64,000 bases of DNA from assembly GCA_964401055.1 (NCBI GenBank), contig CAYNWW010000004.1, positions 13,390 through 77,389 of the forward strand, read 5' to 3'. Of this stretch, positions 46,031 through 55,260 are shown one piece after another (the first letter of the stretch is position 1; every line of letters starts with the position of its first letter). Origin of the DNA: an uncultured Candidatus Saccharibacteria bacterium (lineage in GTDB: Bacteria > Patescibacteriota > JAUYIX01 > CAYNWW01). The notes under the pieces are model-generated. The model had not been told where the DNA came from. It did no database searches and was given only the letters and a program-made list of their open reading frames with translations. Position numbers and translations under genes: made by a program.

Positions 46031-47821
46031 CTAATTCGACTGGTGGGGAAAATCTTTCGGTGACCTGTACACGCTCAAGAATACATCATCGTGGATGAGT
46101 TGTCCATCGAGGGTGACGCGACGCTTCCAAACGGCCTTCATTGAGCCATCCGGGCGGCGATCGTACGAATATGGCGTGGAGATTTCCACAGCCCTGCCGT
46201 CGCGCGTTCCGTAAATTTCGAAAAATACATTCATCCCCGACACCCACGAATGGATCAACATATAATGTGAAGTGTCGTTTTTAAATTTGAAATCGGTCGC
46301 CGGGTAATAAATCGTGGCGTCCGTGCCTTGTGGTGCATAATACGATACCGCGTACGAGTGGTTGCGACGCGCGGTGACTGCGAGTCCGCCGTCCGTGACT
46401 GAGCGGAATAGGGTGGTCGCCACTTGGCACAATCCGCCACCGTCCTGGGGGACGGTTTTGTGGTCGAGGATGACGAGTTCGGGTACAAATCCATGCGCTT
46501 GGTCTACCTCGCCAATGGTTTTGCCGGCTGAAACTTCTTCGCCTGGCGGGATCACGAGCCCGTCAAATCGCGAGGTGCCCACAGTTACGTTGCGTACGCG
46601 TGCGCCGGAGCTGTGGCCCATGTTGGACGTGCCTTTGCCTACGAGTTCGCGAATGCTGGCTGCGATTTCGGGGTCGGATTCGTGGATTCGGGCGGGGATT
46701 GCGGTGGTGGCGAGTTCGATGGATGGCGCGCCGGATGTTGTAGTGAGGAGCGCGTGAGCGATGGCGGTCCGTGCTTTTGGCAGATCAATGCCAAGTCCGT
46801 CTGTGCTGGGCTGTGTCACTTCGAGTTTGCCGTCGATAAATGAAAACCGCGCGTCGCGTGGTTCACGCGCGATGCGTGTGTTGAGAGGTGTGAGCGTGGC
46901 TGCGAGTTTGGTGTCGGAGATGCGCGGGAGGATGATTTGTTCATCTGAGTTAATAACCGCGCGCGTAAGCGAAGAGTTTACAAAAGATTCCGTGCTTGCG
47001 TGCGCACTTGAACGGGTGATGTCTGTGATGTGTGTGTCGAGCGCAGCGCGCAGCGCGGTGCCGCGAGCGGGCACGAGCGCGTTGGCGTCGGAATCGATTT
47101 CACCTAGCGAAACCGGCACAAATTCCATCCACGACCGCTGCGTTTCGGGCGTGATTTCTTGCGATGCATCGCCCACGCGTACGGTGATCGCAGTATGAGT
47201 TAATTCATCTACCAGTCGACGATCGATATCTTGATCGCGTTCGCGAATATCTCCGGCAACCGGCGACAAAGTGAGTTCAATCGGGGTGGCTACAAGGCGC
47301 GAGAGCCCAGCATGAAGCTCTGCTCGTGCGACGTTGCGAGCGACAGTCAGCTGCTCGCCGCGCGCATTTTTCGCATCTATTTTTATCTGGTCAAAAAAAT
47401 CCGCGAGCTTGGCGTCGTCATAAGTATAGGAAGCCGGAATCTGCACACCAGACAACAATCCGCGAATGCTTCGCTCGGTTTGGGCTTGCGCAGTGATGGC
47501 AACGTTGTTGAATTGGAGATCGATGTCGTCGGGATTGAGCGACCAATAGCGATCGCCGTAGCGAAATAGCATATCCCTCTGCAAAAACGCGCGTTCGGCT
47601 GTGATTAGTGCCTCGCTTGCTTGGAGTGGATTTTTCCCTTTGAGTGAAGTTGTGCCCACGTGGACGTCGGCCAGAATACGCTCGGCGCGGCGACCGTCGC
47701 GAGCTTGCGCCGTCCAGTACGATGCGCAAGCAAAAAACACCGCAAGTAAAGTGGTGGCGTAGAGCGTCGTAATAAAGACACGATATTCTCGCGATTTTTT
47801 CATAATCCTATAGTAGCACAA
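46031..47821 (-). CDS. VanW-family protein with N-terminal TM and putative peptidoglycan-binding repeats
   Basis: VanW core GGGLCQVATTLFRSV. Overall length and layout fit. Confidence 0.6.
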   Translation of the reverse strand: MCYYRIMKKSREYRVFITTLYATTLLAVFFACASYWTAQARDGRRAERILADVHVGTTSLKGKNPLQASEALITAERAFLQRDMLFRYGDRYWSLNPDDIDLQFNNVAITAQAQTERSIRGLLSGVQIPASYTYDDAKLADFFDQIKIDAKNARGEQLTVARNVARAELHAGLSRLVATPIELTLSPVAGDIRERDQDIDRRLVDELTHTAITVRVGDASQEITPETQRSWMEFVPVSLGEIDSDANALVPARGTALRAALDTHITDITRSSAHASTESFVNSSLTRAVINSDEQIILPRISDTKLAATLTPLNTRIAREPRDARFSFIDGKLEVTQPSTDGLGIDLPKARTAIAHALLTTTSGAPSIELATTAIPARIHESDPEIAASIRELVGKGTSNMGHSSGARVRNVTVGTSRFDGLVIPPGEEVSAGKTIGEVDQAHGFVPELVILDHKTVPQDGGGLCQVATTLFRSVTDGGLAVTARRNHSYAVSYYAPQGTDATIYYPATDFKFKNDTSHYMLIHSWVSGMNVFFEIYGTRDGRAVEISTPYSYDRRPDGSMKAVWKRRVTLDGQLIHDDVFLSVYRSPKDFPHQSN

Positions 47822-47840
47822 TTTGCGCGCCCCCAGGGGC

Positions 47841-48122
47841 TCAGCCGTTCAAAATGAGCTCAAGGATTTTTTTTGCTTTTTCGTTGTCGAGTTTTTCTTC
47901 GGTGAGGAGTGGGCTAGTGGTGGCAAAGAGATTTATTTCACTGTCAGCTGTGACGCCTTCGGGAAGTTTGGACACCGGCCAGACGATTTCTTGACCATTT
48001 TCAATCCGCACGATTGCCAGATCATTTTTGATCGACATCACGCGAGCGAAGACGCCGTGTGTCGTCGGCTCGGTCTGTTCGGAAGATGCGCGTGTCGTTT
48101 CGGTAGCAAAGGGAGAATTCAT
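47841..48122 (-). CDS. DUF3006-like small protein
   Basis: ARVMSIKNDLAIVRIENGQEIVWPVSKLPEGVTADSEINL resembles the DUF3006 pattern. Confidence 0.35.
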   Translation of the reverse strand: MNSPFATETTRASSEQTEPTTHGVFARVMSIKNDLAIVRIENGQEIVWPVSKLPEGVTADSEINLFATTSPLLTEEKLDNEKAKKILELILNG

Positions 48123-48191
48123 GTCTATATAATGAGTGAATCAAATCAAGAGGTTCAATCACCATAGCGCGTTTTGCGAGAGGCGTCAAGA

Positions 48192-48228
48192 GAAAATAAA
48201 AAGCTCTTTTTTCAAAGAGCAACTTTTT
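48192..48228. terminator. Terminator-like hairpin (GCTCTTT, TTTC loop, AAAGAGC) with A-rich and T-rich flanks
   Basis: Read directly. Lies at the stop of the candidate small ORF 48212..48406 (-). Confidence 0.35.
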
Positions 48229-48406
48229 CGACTGGATCCCAGGAGGAGCGCCGCGGCCCTAGGTAGCCAACGTCTTCGACGCTCATTCCAGGTGGAATAT
48301 CTCCATAGGTGAGATCGTCCACGTGTTTTTCTTTCCTGACAAAGAATTTTATGTTTGTCAGAACGATTGGTTGGTAGATACAAGCTTTTCCTTCCGCGCA
48401 ATCCAC
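48212..48406 (-). CDS. Candidate small protein (64 aa, GTG start)
   Basis: GGAGG 9 nt upstream of the GTG. Protein-like composition (MDCAEGKACIYQPIVLTNIKFF...). Hairpin/T-run terminator straddles the stop codon. Low confidence. Confidence 0.25.
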   Translation of the reverse strand: MDCAEGKACIYQPIVLTNIKFFVRKEKHVDDLTYGDIPPGMSVEDVGYLGPRRSSWDPVEKVAL

Positions 48407-48433
48407 TTATTGCAACCTCCTGCGAGTTGTTCG

Positions 48434-48442
48434 TGTTATAAT
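48434..48442 (+). promoter_or_regulatory. Extended -10 (TGTTATAAT) 6 nt upstream of the prsW ATG, giving a leaderless mRNA
   Basis: TGn + TATAAT read directly. No SD between it and the ATG at 48449. Confidence 0.4.
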
Positions 48443-48448
48443 CGTATC

Positions 48449-49138
48449 ATGATTCTTCCTATTATCCTCATCGGACTTCTGCCAGGCCTTTTTTGGCTAT
48501 GGTTTTTTTGGTTGAAAGACCGCGAACATCCCGAGCCGCTCAAACTGCTCGCAGCGGTGTTTTTGCTTGGTGCATCAGTCGCGGTTCCGGCCGCGCTGAT
48601 TGAGCTCGGTGCTGACGCCATGTTTCATTTTTCCGATTCGACGCAGACCGGCGGGATTTTGCTCGGCATGCTTTTGGTCGTCGCGCCGGTGGAGGAGTAT
48701 CTCAAATACAAAGTCGTCAAAAAATTTGTGTATGACAAGCGACGGTTTGATGAAGAATTTGACGGGATGATTTATTTGATCGTGGCTGCGCTCGGGTTTG
48801 CCTCATTTGAAAATGTGCTGGCGGTGTTCTCAAGCGGATTTGATACGTTGGCGCTGCGATTTCTTACTGCGACGCTGTTGCATGCGCTTACTGCAGGCGT
48901 GTGTGGATATTTTTTGGGGCTGGCGTATTTTTCCCGTTCGCGTGGACGTCAAAAATCGCTGATCGCGCATGGATTGATCGCGGCGATCGTGATTCACGGT
49001 GTGTACAATTTTATTCTCGCGACTGAAACCGGCCTGACCGTGTGGCTGATTCCGTTTGTGCTGCTGCTGATTTTTGTCATGGTGCGCGAAGGCGTTATAT
49101 TAATAAAACAAGGTGATCGGCGTGAAAAACGTGAGTAA
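48449..49138 (+). CDS. PrsW-family intramembrane metalloprotease
   Basis: EExxK (APVEEYLKYKV), FxxxE (FASFENV), H (LLHALTAGVCGY) and HGxYN (HGVYNFIL). Multi-TM. Confidence 0.7.
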   Translation: MILPIILIGLLPGLFWLWFFWLKDREHPEPLKLLAAVFLLGASVAVPAALIELGADAMFHFSDSTQTGGILLGMLLVVAPVEEYLKYKVVKKFVYDKRRFDEEFDGMIYLIVAALGFASFENVLAVFSSGFDTLALRFLTATLLHALTAGVCGYFLGLAYFSRSRGRQKSLIAHGLIAAIVIHGVYNFILATETGLTVWLIPFVLLLIFVMVREGVILIKQGDRREKRE

Positions 49139-49184
49139 CCTGTGGAAAAACTCGCGCGTGGCGCGATTGGCAGAATGCGCAAAA

Positions 49185-49203
49185 TTGCATATACTATATG
49201 CAA
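49185..49203. promoter_or_regulatory. Perfect palindrome TTGCATATA-C-TATATGCAA upstream of hsp20 (candidate operator)
   Basis: 9-1-9 inverted repeat read directly, 41 nt upstream of the hsp20 ATG. Family of regulator unknown. Confidence 0.35.
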
Positions 49204-49243
49204 TCGCTGTATTTATTTAGAAAAATAAAACTAACCTACGACT

Positions 49244-49828
49244 ATGGGTTTATTCACACGCAACAAGCGCCAAAGTGCTATTGATGAAATGGAGCAAGAT
49301 TTGATCGCGACTGAAGAAGTTGCAGATTTTCAAATCGAAACACAGATGCAAGAGCCGACGATGCCATCGATGAATTTTCAAGAAATCGCGCCTGAGCCAG
49401 CGGTAGCTGCTGCGCCTCAAGTTTCGCAAGCACAAGAAGTGCACACCAGCACGGACTCAAAAGAGTCACAAAATTGGCTCACGGATTACGAAGGCGAAGG
49501 GCAGCTCACCATCGATGTCTATCAGACTGACGATGATATTGTGATCAAGTCGACGATTGCCGGCGTTTCTCCCGAAGATCTCGATGTGTCGATCAATGCT
49601 GATATGCTGACGATCCGCGGCACCCGCAAAAAGGGCGAAATTATCCCAGAAGAAAATTATTTCTACCAAGAATGCTACTGGGGTACCTTCTCTCGCTCGA
49701 TTATTCTTCCGACTGAAGTGCGCGCAGAGAAAATTGATGCATCATTGAAGGACGGCATCCTCACTGTGACCTTGCCAAAGGCGCAAAAAGACAAGACGCG
49801 CAAAATTTTGGTGAAGTCAGCGAAGTAG
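49244..49828 (+). CDS. Hsp20/alpha-crystallin family small heat-shock protein with a long N-terminal extension
   Basis: ACD core (LTIDVYQTDDDIVIKSTIAGVSPEDLDVSINADMLTIRGTRK ... FSRSIILPTEVRAEKIDASLKDGILTVTLPK). Confidence 0.85.
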   Translation: MGLFTRNKRQSAIDEMEQDLIATEEVADFQIETQMQEPTMPSMNFQEIAPEPAVAAAPQVSQAQEVHTSTDSKESQNWLTDYEGEGQLTIDVYQTDDDIVIKSTIAGVSPEDLDVSINADMLTIRGTRKKGEIIPEENYFYQECYWGTFSRSIILPTEVRAEKIDASLKDGILTVTLPKAQKDKTRKILVKSAK

Positions 49829-49846
49829 ATTTCCTCGCAACCATAG

Positions 49847-49880
49847 AAAATGACTCTCGCGAAATGTGAGAGTCATTTTT
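49847..49880 (+). terminator. Rho-independent terminator after hsp20
   Basis: 12-bp perfect stem AAAATGACTCTC / GAGAGTCATTTT with a 9-nt loop, then T-run. Confidence 0.6.
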
Positions 49881-49936
49881 GATGTGATATACTACAGAGC
49901 AAGTTGTATATTGTGAAAAAAATAGTATACTGCAAG

Positions 49937-49963
49937 TTAGCACTCGATATTATTGAGTGCTAA
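49937..49963. promoter_or_regulatory. CIRCE element (TTAGCACTC-N9-GAGTGCTAA), the HrcA-type operator, 30 nt upstream of the Clp ATPase gene
   Basis: Exact match to the CIRCE consensus with a 9-nt spacer, read directly. Confidence 0.65.
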
Positions 49964-49993
49964 CGAAGAAAAAACTAAATACGAGGAGTTTTT

Positions 49994-52771
49994 ATGATTT
50001 GCCAATCTTGTGGTCAGCGTCCGGCATCAGTAAAGATTAAACAAACAATCAATGGTCGCATCAACGAAGTCGGCCTGTGCCACATTTGCGCGGAAGAGCG
50101 TGCGTTTTTTGGGGCGAGTTCTTTGTTTGACGCATTTTTTGGTCGCGGAGCTCTCGGTGGCGCGGCCGGTACTCCGGATGGATTGCAGGGCGGAATGCCC
50201 GGGCAACATCCAGCCGCCGACGGTGGCGCATTTTTCGCGCGCCCAAAACAAGACCACATCAATATCGTTGATTTCTTTTCCGAGCGCGCCAAAAAAGTGG
50301 TATCTGAAAGCGCGAGTGCGGCATCTGCGGTGAAGGCAAAATATATTGATACCGAACACCTGCTACTTGGATTGTTGGAAGAGACCGAAGTCGGGACGAA
50401 AATTTTTGAGCAGCTCGGCGTCAATGTGCCGGAGATGAAAGGCTATATCGAGCAAAATATTCCGCAGGGCGGTAGTGACGATATTCCGGAGCCGGATTTG
50501 TCGGCGCGCGCGAAGCGCGCGCTTGAGCTCGCCTTTCACGAATCGCGTGAAATGGGCCACAAGTATGTCGGCTCTGAGCACATTCTCCTCGGTCTGATCC
50601 GCGAAGGCGAAGGCATGGCTGCACAGATTCTCACCAAATACGGCCTCACCTATCCGCAAGTGCGCGGCGTAGTCATCAACCAAGTGGGCGAGGGCGAACT
50701 CACGAAAAAGCGCAAAACCAATACGCCGACTCTGGACGAATACAGCCAAGACCTCACACAACAAGCGCGCGATGGCAAACTCGATCCGGTGATCGGTCGT
50801 TCGCAAGAAGTGGATCGCGTGATCCAGGTGTTGAGTCGTCGTACAAAAAATAATCCGGTATTGATCGGTGAGCCTGGCGTAGGTAAAACTGCGATCGCCG
50901 AAGGTCTCGCGCAAAAAATCGTCAAAGGTGATGTGCCCGAGACGCTGCGCAACCGTCGCGTGATTTCCCTCGACCTTGGAAGCATGTTGGCTGGCACCAA
51001 ATTCCGCGGCGAATTTGAAAAGCGCTTGAAGAAAATTATGAAAGAAGTGGCGAGCGCCAACCGCGAAGTAGTGTTGTTTTTGGATGAACTCCACACCATC
51101 GTCGGTGCCGGTGCGGCTGAAGGTGCGATCGATGCGTCCAATTTGTTGAAGCCTGCACTCGCCCGCGGCGAACTCCAGGCGATCGGCGCAACCACGCTCA
51201 ACGAATATCGCAAGCACATCGAAAAAGATTCCGCACTCGAGCGCCGCTTCCAGCCCGTCATTGTGGCTGAGCCAAAAGTTGAAGACGCGATCAAAATTCT
51301 TCAGGGTCTCCGCGATCGTTATGAAGCGCATCACAAAGTAAAAATTACCAACGAAGCCATTATCGCATCTGTACATTTGTCAGACCGCTACCTGAAAGAT
51401 CGGTTTTTGCCGGACAAAGCAATCGACCTCATCGACGAAGCCGGTGCCAAAGTGCGCCTGGCAAATTTGAGTATTCCGGAAAAAATTCGTGCGCTTGAAG
51501 ACGAGATCACCAAGATCGACAAAGAGCGTGAAGCCGCAAAACACGCACTCAAGTCCAAGACCAAGGATAAAAAAGTTCGCGAGTTTGATGAGCAGCACGC
51601 GAAGCTGGAAAAAGAACTGCAAGACCTCAATATCGCGTGGCGCAAAGACAAAGGTTCACAAGAGCCGGTCGTGCTTGCGTCCGACATCGAGGAAATTGTT
51701 GCAAAATGGACCGGTATTCCGGTGACGCAGCTTGCGCAAGAAGAAATCACGAAGCTCCTTCAGCTCGAGCAGCGGTTGCATGAGCGGGTAATCGGCCAAG
51801 AAGAAGCGGTCAAAGCTGTGGCCGAAGCTGTCCGCCGCGGTCGTGCCGGCCTCAAAGATCCCAATCGCCCCATCGGTTCGTTTATTTTCCTTGGCCCGAC
51901 CGGCGTGGGCAAAACCGAACTTACGAAGGCACTCGCCGAGCTGCTGTTTGGCGAAGAAGACGCACTTGTCCGCATTGATATGTCCGAATACATGGAACCG
52001 CATTCGATCGCGCGTTTGATCGGTTCGCCGCCGGGCTATGTCGGTCATGAAGAAGCCGGCCAGCTCACGGAAAAAATTCGTCGCAAGCCATACAGCGTGT
52101 TGCTGTTTGATGAAATCGAAAAAGCTCATCCGGACGTGTTCAACTTGTTGCTGCAAATTCTCGACGACGGCCATCTTACTGACGCGCAAGGCCGCAAGAT
52201 AGATTTCAAAAATACGGTTATCATCGCGACGAGCAACATCGGATCGCAGATTATTCAGGACGTGAGCGACAAAAAATTTGGGTTCGCGACAGATGATGAC
52301 GACAAGAAAAAAGAAAAAGCCCCTGAGCACACGCAAAAATTTGTCGACCTCAAAAAAGATCTCATGGTCGAGCTCAAGAAATTTTTCAAACCCGAATTCC
52401 TCAACCGCGTGGACGAGATTATCATCTTCCACTCGCTCGGCAAGAAACATATTTTGCAAATCATCGACATCTTGCTCGACAATGTGCACCAGCTGCTGCA
52501 AGGTCAGCACATCGGCATCAAAGTCACCAAAGCGGTCAAAGAAAAACTGCTCGCCGATGGGTATGATCCGCTCTTTGGCGCGCGCCCGTTGAAACGCGCG
52601 ATCCAGCGCATGATCGAAAACCCGTTGTCATCGCTTTTGCTCGAAGGTAAATTCAGCGCGGGCGATACGGTGTTAGTAGACGTCGGCGAGGATGGCCAGC
52701 TCAAGTTTGAAAAAGGTGCGCCGCAGAAGAAGCTGAGCGTGGAGATCCCCGCTGAAAAATTAGAAGCGTAA
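49994..52771 (+). CDS. Class I Clp/Hsp100 AAA+ chaperone (ClpC-like, two NBDs) with an extra N-terminal C4 zinc-ribbon and a Gly-rich linker
   Basis: N-terminal CQSCG...CHIC. Two Clp_N repeats. NBD1 [13 protein letters not shown] / LFLDELHT. A short, roughly 70-aa middle domain (ClpC-like rather than ClpB). NBD2 [16 protein letters not shown] possible ClpP loop FGF. Confidence 0.85.
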   Translation: MICQSCGQRPASVKIKQTINGRINEVGLCHICAEERAFFGASSLFDAFFGRGALGGAAGTPDGLQGGMPGQHPAADGGAFFARPKQDHINIVDFFSERAKKVVSESASAASAVKAKYIDTEHLLLGLLEETEVGTKIFEQLGVNVPEMKGYIEQNIPQGGSDDIPEPDLSARAKRALELAFHESREMGHKYVGSEHILLGLIREGEGMAAQILTKYGLTYPQVRGVVINQVGEGELTKKRKTNTPTLDEYSQDLTQQARDGKLDPVIGRSQEVDRVIQVLSRRTKNNPVLIGEPGVGKTAIAEGLAQKIVKGDVPETLRNRRVISLDLGSMLAGTKFRGEFEKRLKKIMKEVASANREVVLFLDELHTIVGAGAAEGAIDASNLLKPALARGELQAIGATTLNEYRKHIEKDSALERRFQPVIVAEPKVEDAIKILQGLRDRYEAHHKVKITNEAIIASVHLSDRYLKDRFLPDKAIDLIDEAGAKVRLANLSIPEKIRALEDEITKIDKEREAAKHALKSKTKDKKVREFDEQHAKLEKELQDLNIAWRKDKGSQEPVVLASDIEEIVAKWTGIPVTQLAQEEITKLLQLEQRLHERVIGQEEAVKAVAEAVRRGRAGLKDPNRPIGSFIFLGPTGVGKTELTKALAELLFGEEDALVRIDMSEYMEPHSIARLIGSPPGYVGHEEAGQLTEKIRRKPYSVLLFDEIEKAHPDVFNLLLQILDDGHLTDAQGRKIDFKNTVIIATSNIGSQIIQDVSDKKFGFATDDDDKKKEKAPEHTQKFVDLKKDLMVELKKFFKPEFLNRVDEIIIFHSLGKKHILQIIDILLDNVHQLLQGQHIGIKVTKAVKEKLLADGYDPLFGARPLKRAIQRMIENPLSSLLLEGKFSAGDTVLVDVGEDGQLKFEKGAPQKKLSVEIPAEKLEA

Positions 52772-52834
52772 GGAAGAGATCGTATTATAAAAAATCACCC
52801 GCAGCCCGCGGGTGATTTTTGTTCGGAGGGATAA

Positions 52835-53272
52835 TTACCCAAGCACCGCAATCGCCACACCCATCAGGAGCAGCGACACCAACTCATATCCCACACTGAG
52901 CGCGTAGAGCTTGAACGGACGTTTTTCAAACAAGACGGTAGTGATGCTCGTGGTTGCGACAAATCCGAGCCAGAGCCACAAGCCAGATTGCAGGCCGACC
53001 ACGACGGAATTCGCCGCGCCGCTCGTTTGCACGGACGCAATCAAAATATATTTCACGATATGCGCGAGCACGTACGCCATCACGACTGATGCACCTACCG
53101 CGCCGGCGATCGCCCGGCCGGAAGATTTTTGCATGTCTTCAGGCTTCGGGTTGCCGATGAGTTTCATCCACGGTTTCAAAAACAAGATGGGCGAGTACCA
53201 CGCGAAACCGACGCCCATGTGAATAAGCGCAGCCACCACGACGGCAAGGTAGTTGATTGAAATTCCGTTCAT
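52835..53272 (-). CDS. DUF1761-family membrane protein
   Basis: NYLAVVVAALIHMGVGFAWYSPILFLKPW is typical of DUF1761. Four TM helices. Confidence 0.55.
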   Translation of the reverse strand: MNGISINYLAVVVAALIHMGVGFAWYSPILFLKPWMKLIGNPKPEDMQKSSGRAIAGAVGASVVMAYVLAHIVKYILIASVQTSGAANSVVVGLQSGLWLWLGFVATTSITTVLFEKRPFKLYALSVGYELVSLLLMGVAIAVLG

Positions 53273-53276
53273 GAAT

Positions 53277-53696
53277 CTATTTTAATTCTTGTTTGACTTG
53301 CAACATGCGCGCGACCGCTGCCACCGCTGCGCGTGCGTATGGTTCGACGCGACTTGGGATCTGGCTCGGGAGAATCTCCGGCCCGAGGATGCCGACACCG
53401 GCGGGTTTGCCAAACTGAAGCTGCAAATCAATGATCGAGCGCACCACGCTGTGTGCCATCACCAAACCATGTTTGGTTTCGCCGCGCTCGATGATGCCGA
53501 GCACTGCCGCGCCATCCACGTCTTCGCGTGAGAGTAGCCATTTGAGCGCGAGCGGTTTTTCCATGCTGCCGGGAACTTCGACGATGCGAGTGACCTCGAG
53601 GCCGAGTTCTTGTGCGAGCGCTGATGCGGCGGCTTTCATGAGTTCGCTTTCTTTTTTGTGAAATGTGCCGATGAGGAGAGCGATGCGGGGTTTCAT
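53277..53696 (-). CDS. ribH: 6,7-dimethyl-8-ribityllumazine synthase-like protein
   Basis: Alignable to RibH (VPGSMEKPLAL vs VPGAYELPLAA; GIIERGETKHGLVMAHS vs GTVIRGGTAHFEYVAGG). No other rib genes nearby. Confidence 0.5.
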   Translation of the reverse strand: MKPRIALLIGTFHKKESELMKAAASALAQELGLEVTRIVEVPGSMEKPLALKWLLSREDVDGAAVLGIIERGETKHGLVMAHSVVRSIIDLQLQFGKPAGVGILGPEILPSQIPSRVEPYARAAVAAVARMLQVKQELK

Positions 53697-53765
53697 AGCA
53701 GTGAATTACATAATAAATCTACCATCCATTATGATACGGATCGGGGCGGGTGTCCATTTTTCCAA

Positions 53766-53789
53766 AAGAAAAAGCCTCGCGCGCGAGGC
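53766..53789 (-). terminator. Rho-independent terminator (GCCTCG-CGCG-CGAGGC + T-run on the minus strand) ending the oxidoreductase operon
   Basis: Palindromic GC hairpin followed on the minus strand by TTTTTCTT. Confidence 0.5.
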
Positions 53790-53817
53790 GGAGGCTTTGT
53801 GAAAAAGTTGTAGGCTA

Positions 53818-54201
53818 CTAGGCGATTTTCCGTTGCCGAGTATCGATCTGCCCCAGCGAATTGCGGGGGAGATTATTTGTTACGAGCTCGGGCGCGGCTT
53901 GTTCGTGAGTCAACTTGATTTCCTCAAGCGCTTTTTCGACTGTGATGAACAACGCTCCTTCCCCGTAAAACGGTTGCGCGTCTTCTGCGCATATGCACCA
54001 TTTTTTGATGTCTCTATCTTGGATATCTGAGACATCTTTTTCCATGAACTGGGCAATTTGTGCCAACTTTGGCACCAGGAATTCGCCCGCCTGAGCACTC
54101 GTGGACCCTAATCCACACGCCCAACAGGAAAAATTTTCAACTATAGCTGCTTGCGACACGTCACCAACCTCCTCAGGAGATGTTTTTGTTTTCCCATTCA
54201 C
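53818..54201 (-). CDS. Hypothetical CxxC/CxC protein, possibly a ferredoxin:thioredoxin-reductase-catalytic-subunit-like redox protein
   Basis: SCWACG and KWCICAED resemble the CWNCPC / CHC of FTR catalytic chains. Last gene of the Fd-dependent oxidoreductase operon. Speculative. Confidence 0.3.
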   Translation of the reverse strand: MNGKTKTSPEEVGDVSQAAIVENFSCWACGLGSTSAQAGEFLVPKLAQIAQFMEKDVSDIQDRDIKKWCICAEDAQPFYGEGALFITVEKALEEIKLTHEQAAPELVTNNLPRNSLGQIDTRQRKIA

Positions 54202-54243
54202 CGTGAAGGGGAAAACTCATAATAAACTAAAATCGCCGTGAGG

Positions 54244-55260
54244 TCAAATGAATTCTTCCATCAATTTTTTCACCGACACATTGGAAATGTCGTGGTGGGC
54301 AATGGGCTGCTGCTTGTCGGCAAATACCTCGTCTTCATAGGTCGAGCGCTGCTCTTGGTAAAAAATGCCGATGGGCAAACGGTCAGTCTCGAGCGATCGC
54401 GCAAACGCGGCCGCGCGGTTGGTCGGGTCGTAGGACGTGTCGGTTGAAAGTTGGTACACGTGTTCGCGATACCACTGATAGGTGTTGATTTTGTTAAATG
54501 TAATGCATGGCTGGAACACGTCCACGATCGCGAATCCTTTGTGTTGGAGCGCTTGCTTGTAGATTTCGCGCGTGGCCGGGATGTCGCCGGAAAAGGTGCG
54601 CGCGATAAATGTCGCGCCACTGGCGAGTGCGAGCGGGATGGGGTTGACCGGCTCATCGATCGCGCCAAACGGGGTGGATTTGCTTTTGAATCCGCGCGCG
54701 CTGGTGGGTGAGGTCTGGCCGGTGGTCAGGCCGTAGATTTGGTTGTTGTGAATGATGGTCGTGATGTTGAAATTGCGGCGCATGGCGTGCACGAGGTGCG
54801 AAAGCCCGAGCCCGTACATATCGCCGTCGCCGCCCATGGCGATCAGCTTGATCTCCGGATTTGCGAGATGCGCGCCTTCCGCGACCGGCAGTGCGCGGCC
54901 GTGCAAGCCGTGGAATTCGTATGCTTTGATAAAATTTGCCCCGTTGCCTGCACAGCCGATGCCATGCACAATAAACGTCTGTTCGGGGTCGAGCTTGAGT
55001 TCGGCAGCCGCATGTTTGAACGCCGTCCACATGGAAAAATTGCCGCAGCCCGGGCACCAGGTCGGAAATGCCGCGGTCTGAAATGCATCCGCTTTTTTAT
55101 AATCACCACCGGCAGCCGGAGCAGCGGCTGGTTTTGGCACGGGCGTCGGTGTAGGCGCAGACGCGACAACAGGCAGCGCCGGTTGCGCAACCGGCGCTGC
55201 CTTGGGCTTTGCGCTCTCGTCTGCGTCGTCCGCCGGACGATTAAAAATTCTTTTTGACAT
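54244..55260 (-). CDS. 2-oxoacid:ferredoxin oxidoreductase beta subunit (TPP-binding) with an unusual roughly 65-aa Pro/Ala-rich N-terminal linker
   Basis: TWCPGCGNF ... GIGCAG ... GGDGD. N-terminus AKPKAAPVAQPALPVVASAPTPTPVPKPAAAPAAGG. Overlaps the alpha-subunit gene by 20 nt. Confidence 0.85.
   Translation of the reverse strand: MSKRIFNRPADDADESAKPKAAPVAQPALPVVASAPTPTPVPKPAAAPAAGGDYKKADAFQTAAFPTWCPGCGNFSMWTAFKHAAAELKLDPEQTFIVHGIGCAGNGANFIKAYEFHGLHGRALPVAEGAHLANPEIKLIAMGGDGDMYGLGLSHLVHAMRRNFNITTIIHNNQIYGLTTGQTSPTSARGFKSKSTPFGAIDEPVNPIPLALASGATFIARTFSGDIPATREIYKQALQHKGFAIVDVFQPCITFNKINTYQWYREHVYQLSTDTSYDPTNRAAAFARSLETDRLPIGIFYQEQRSTYEDEVFADKQQPIAHHDISNVSVKKLMEEFI

Noticed and set aside
50363-52510. 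Minus-strand ORFs 50363..51376, 50650..51294 and 51656..52510 antisense to the Clp ATPase gene
   Set aside because: Shadow ORFs inside an unambiguous two-NBD Clp gene.
49994-52771. Calling the Clp ATPase ClpB
   Set aside because: The middle coiled-coil domain is only about 70 aa (ClpC-like) and an FGF tripeptide occupies the ClpP-loop position, so ClpC-like is preferred. ClpB cannot be fully excluded without alignment.
54244-55260. Alternative downstream start for the oxidoreductase beta subunit that would remove the Pro/Ala-rich extension
   Set aside because: No in-frame ATG, GTG or TTG was found between the annotated ATG and the conserved TWCPGCG region. The extension is therefore probably translated.
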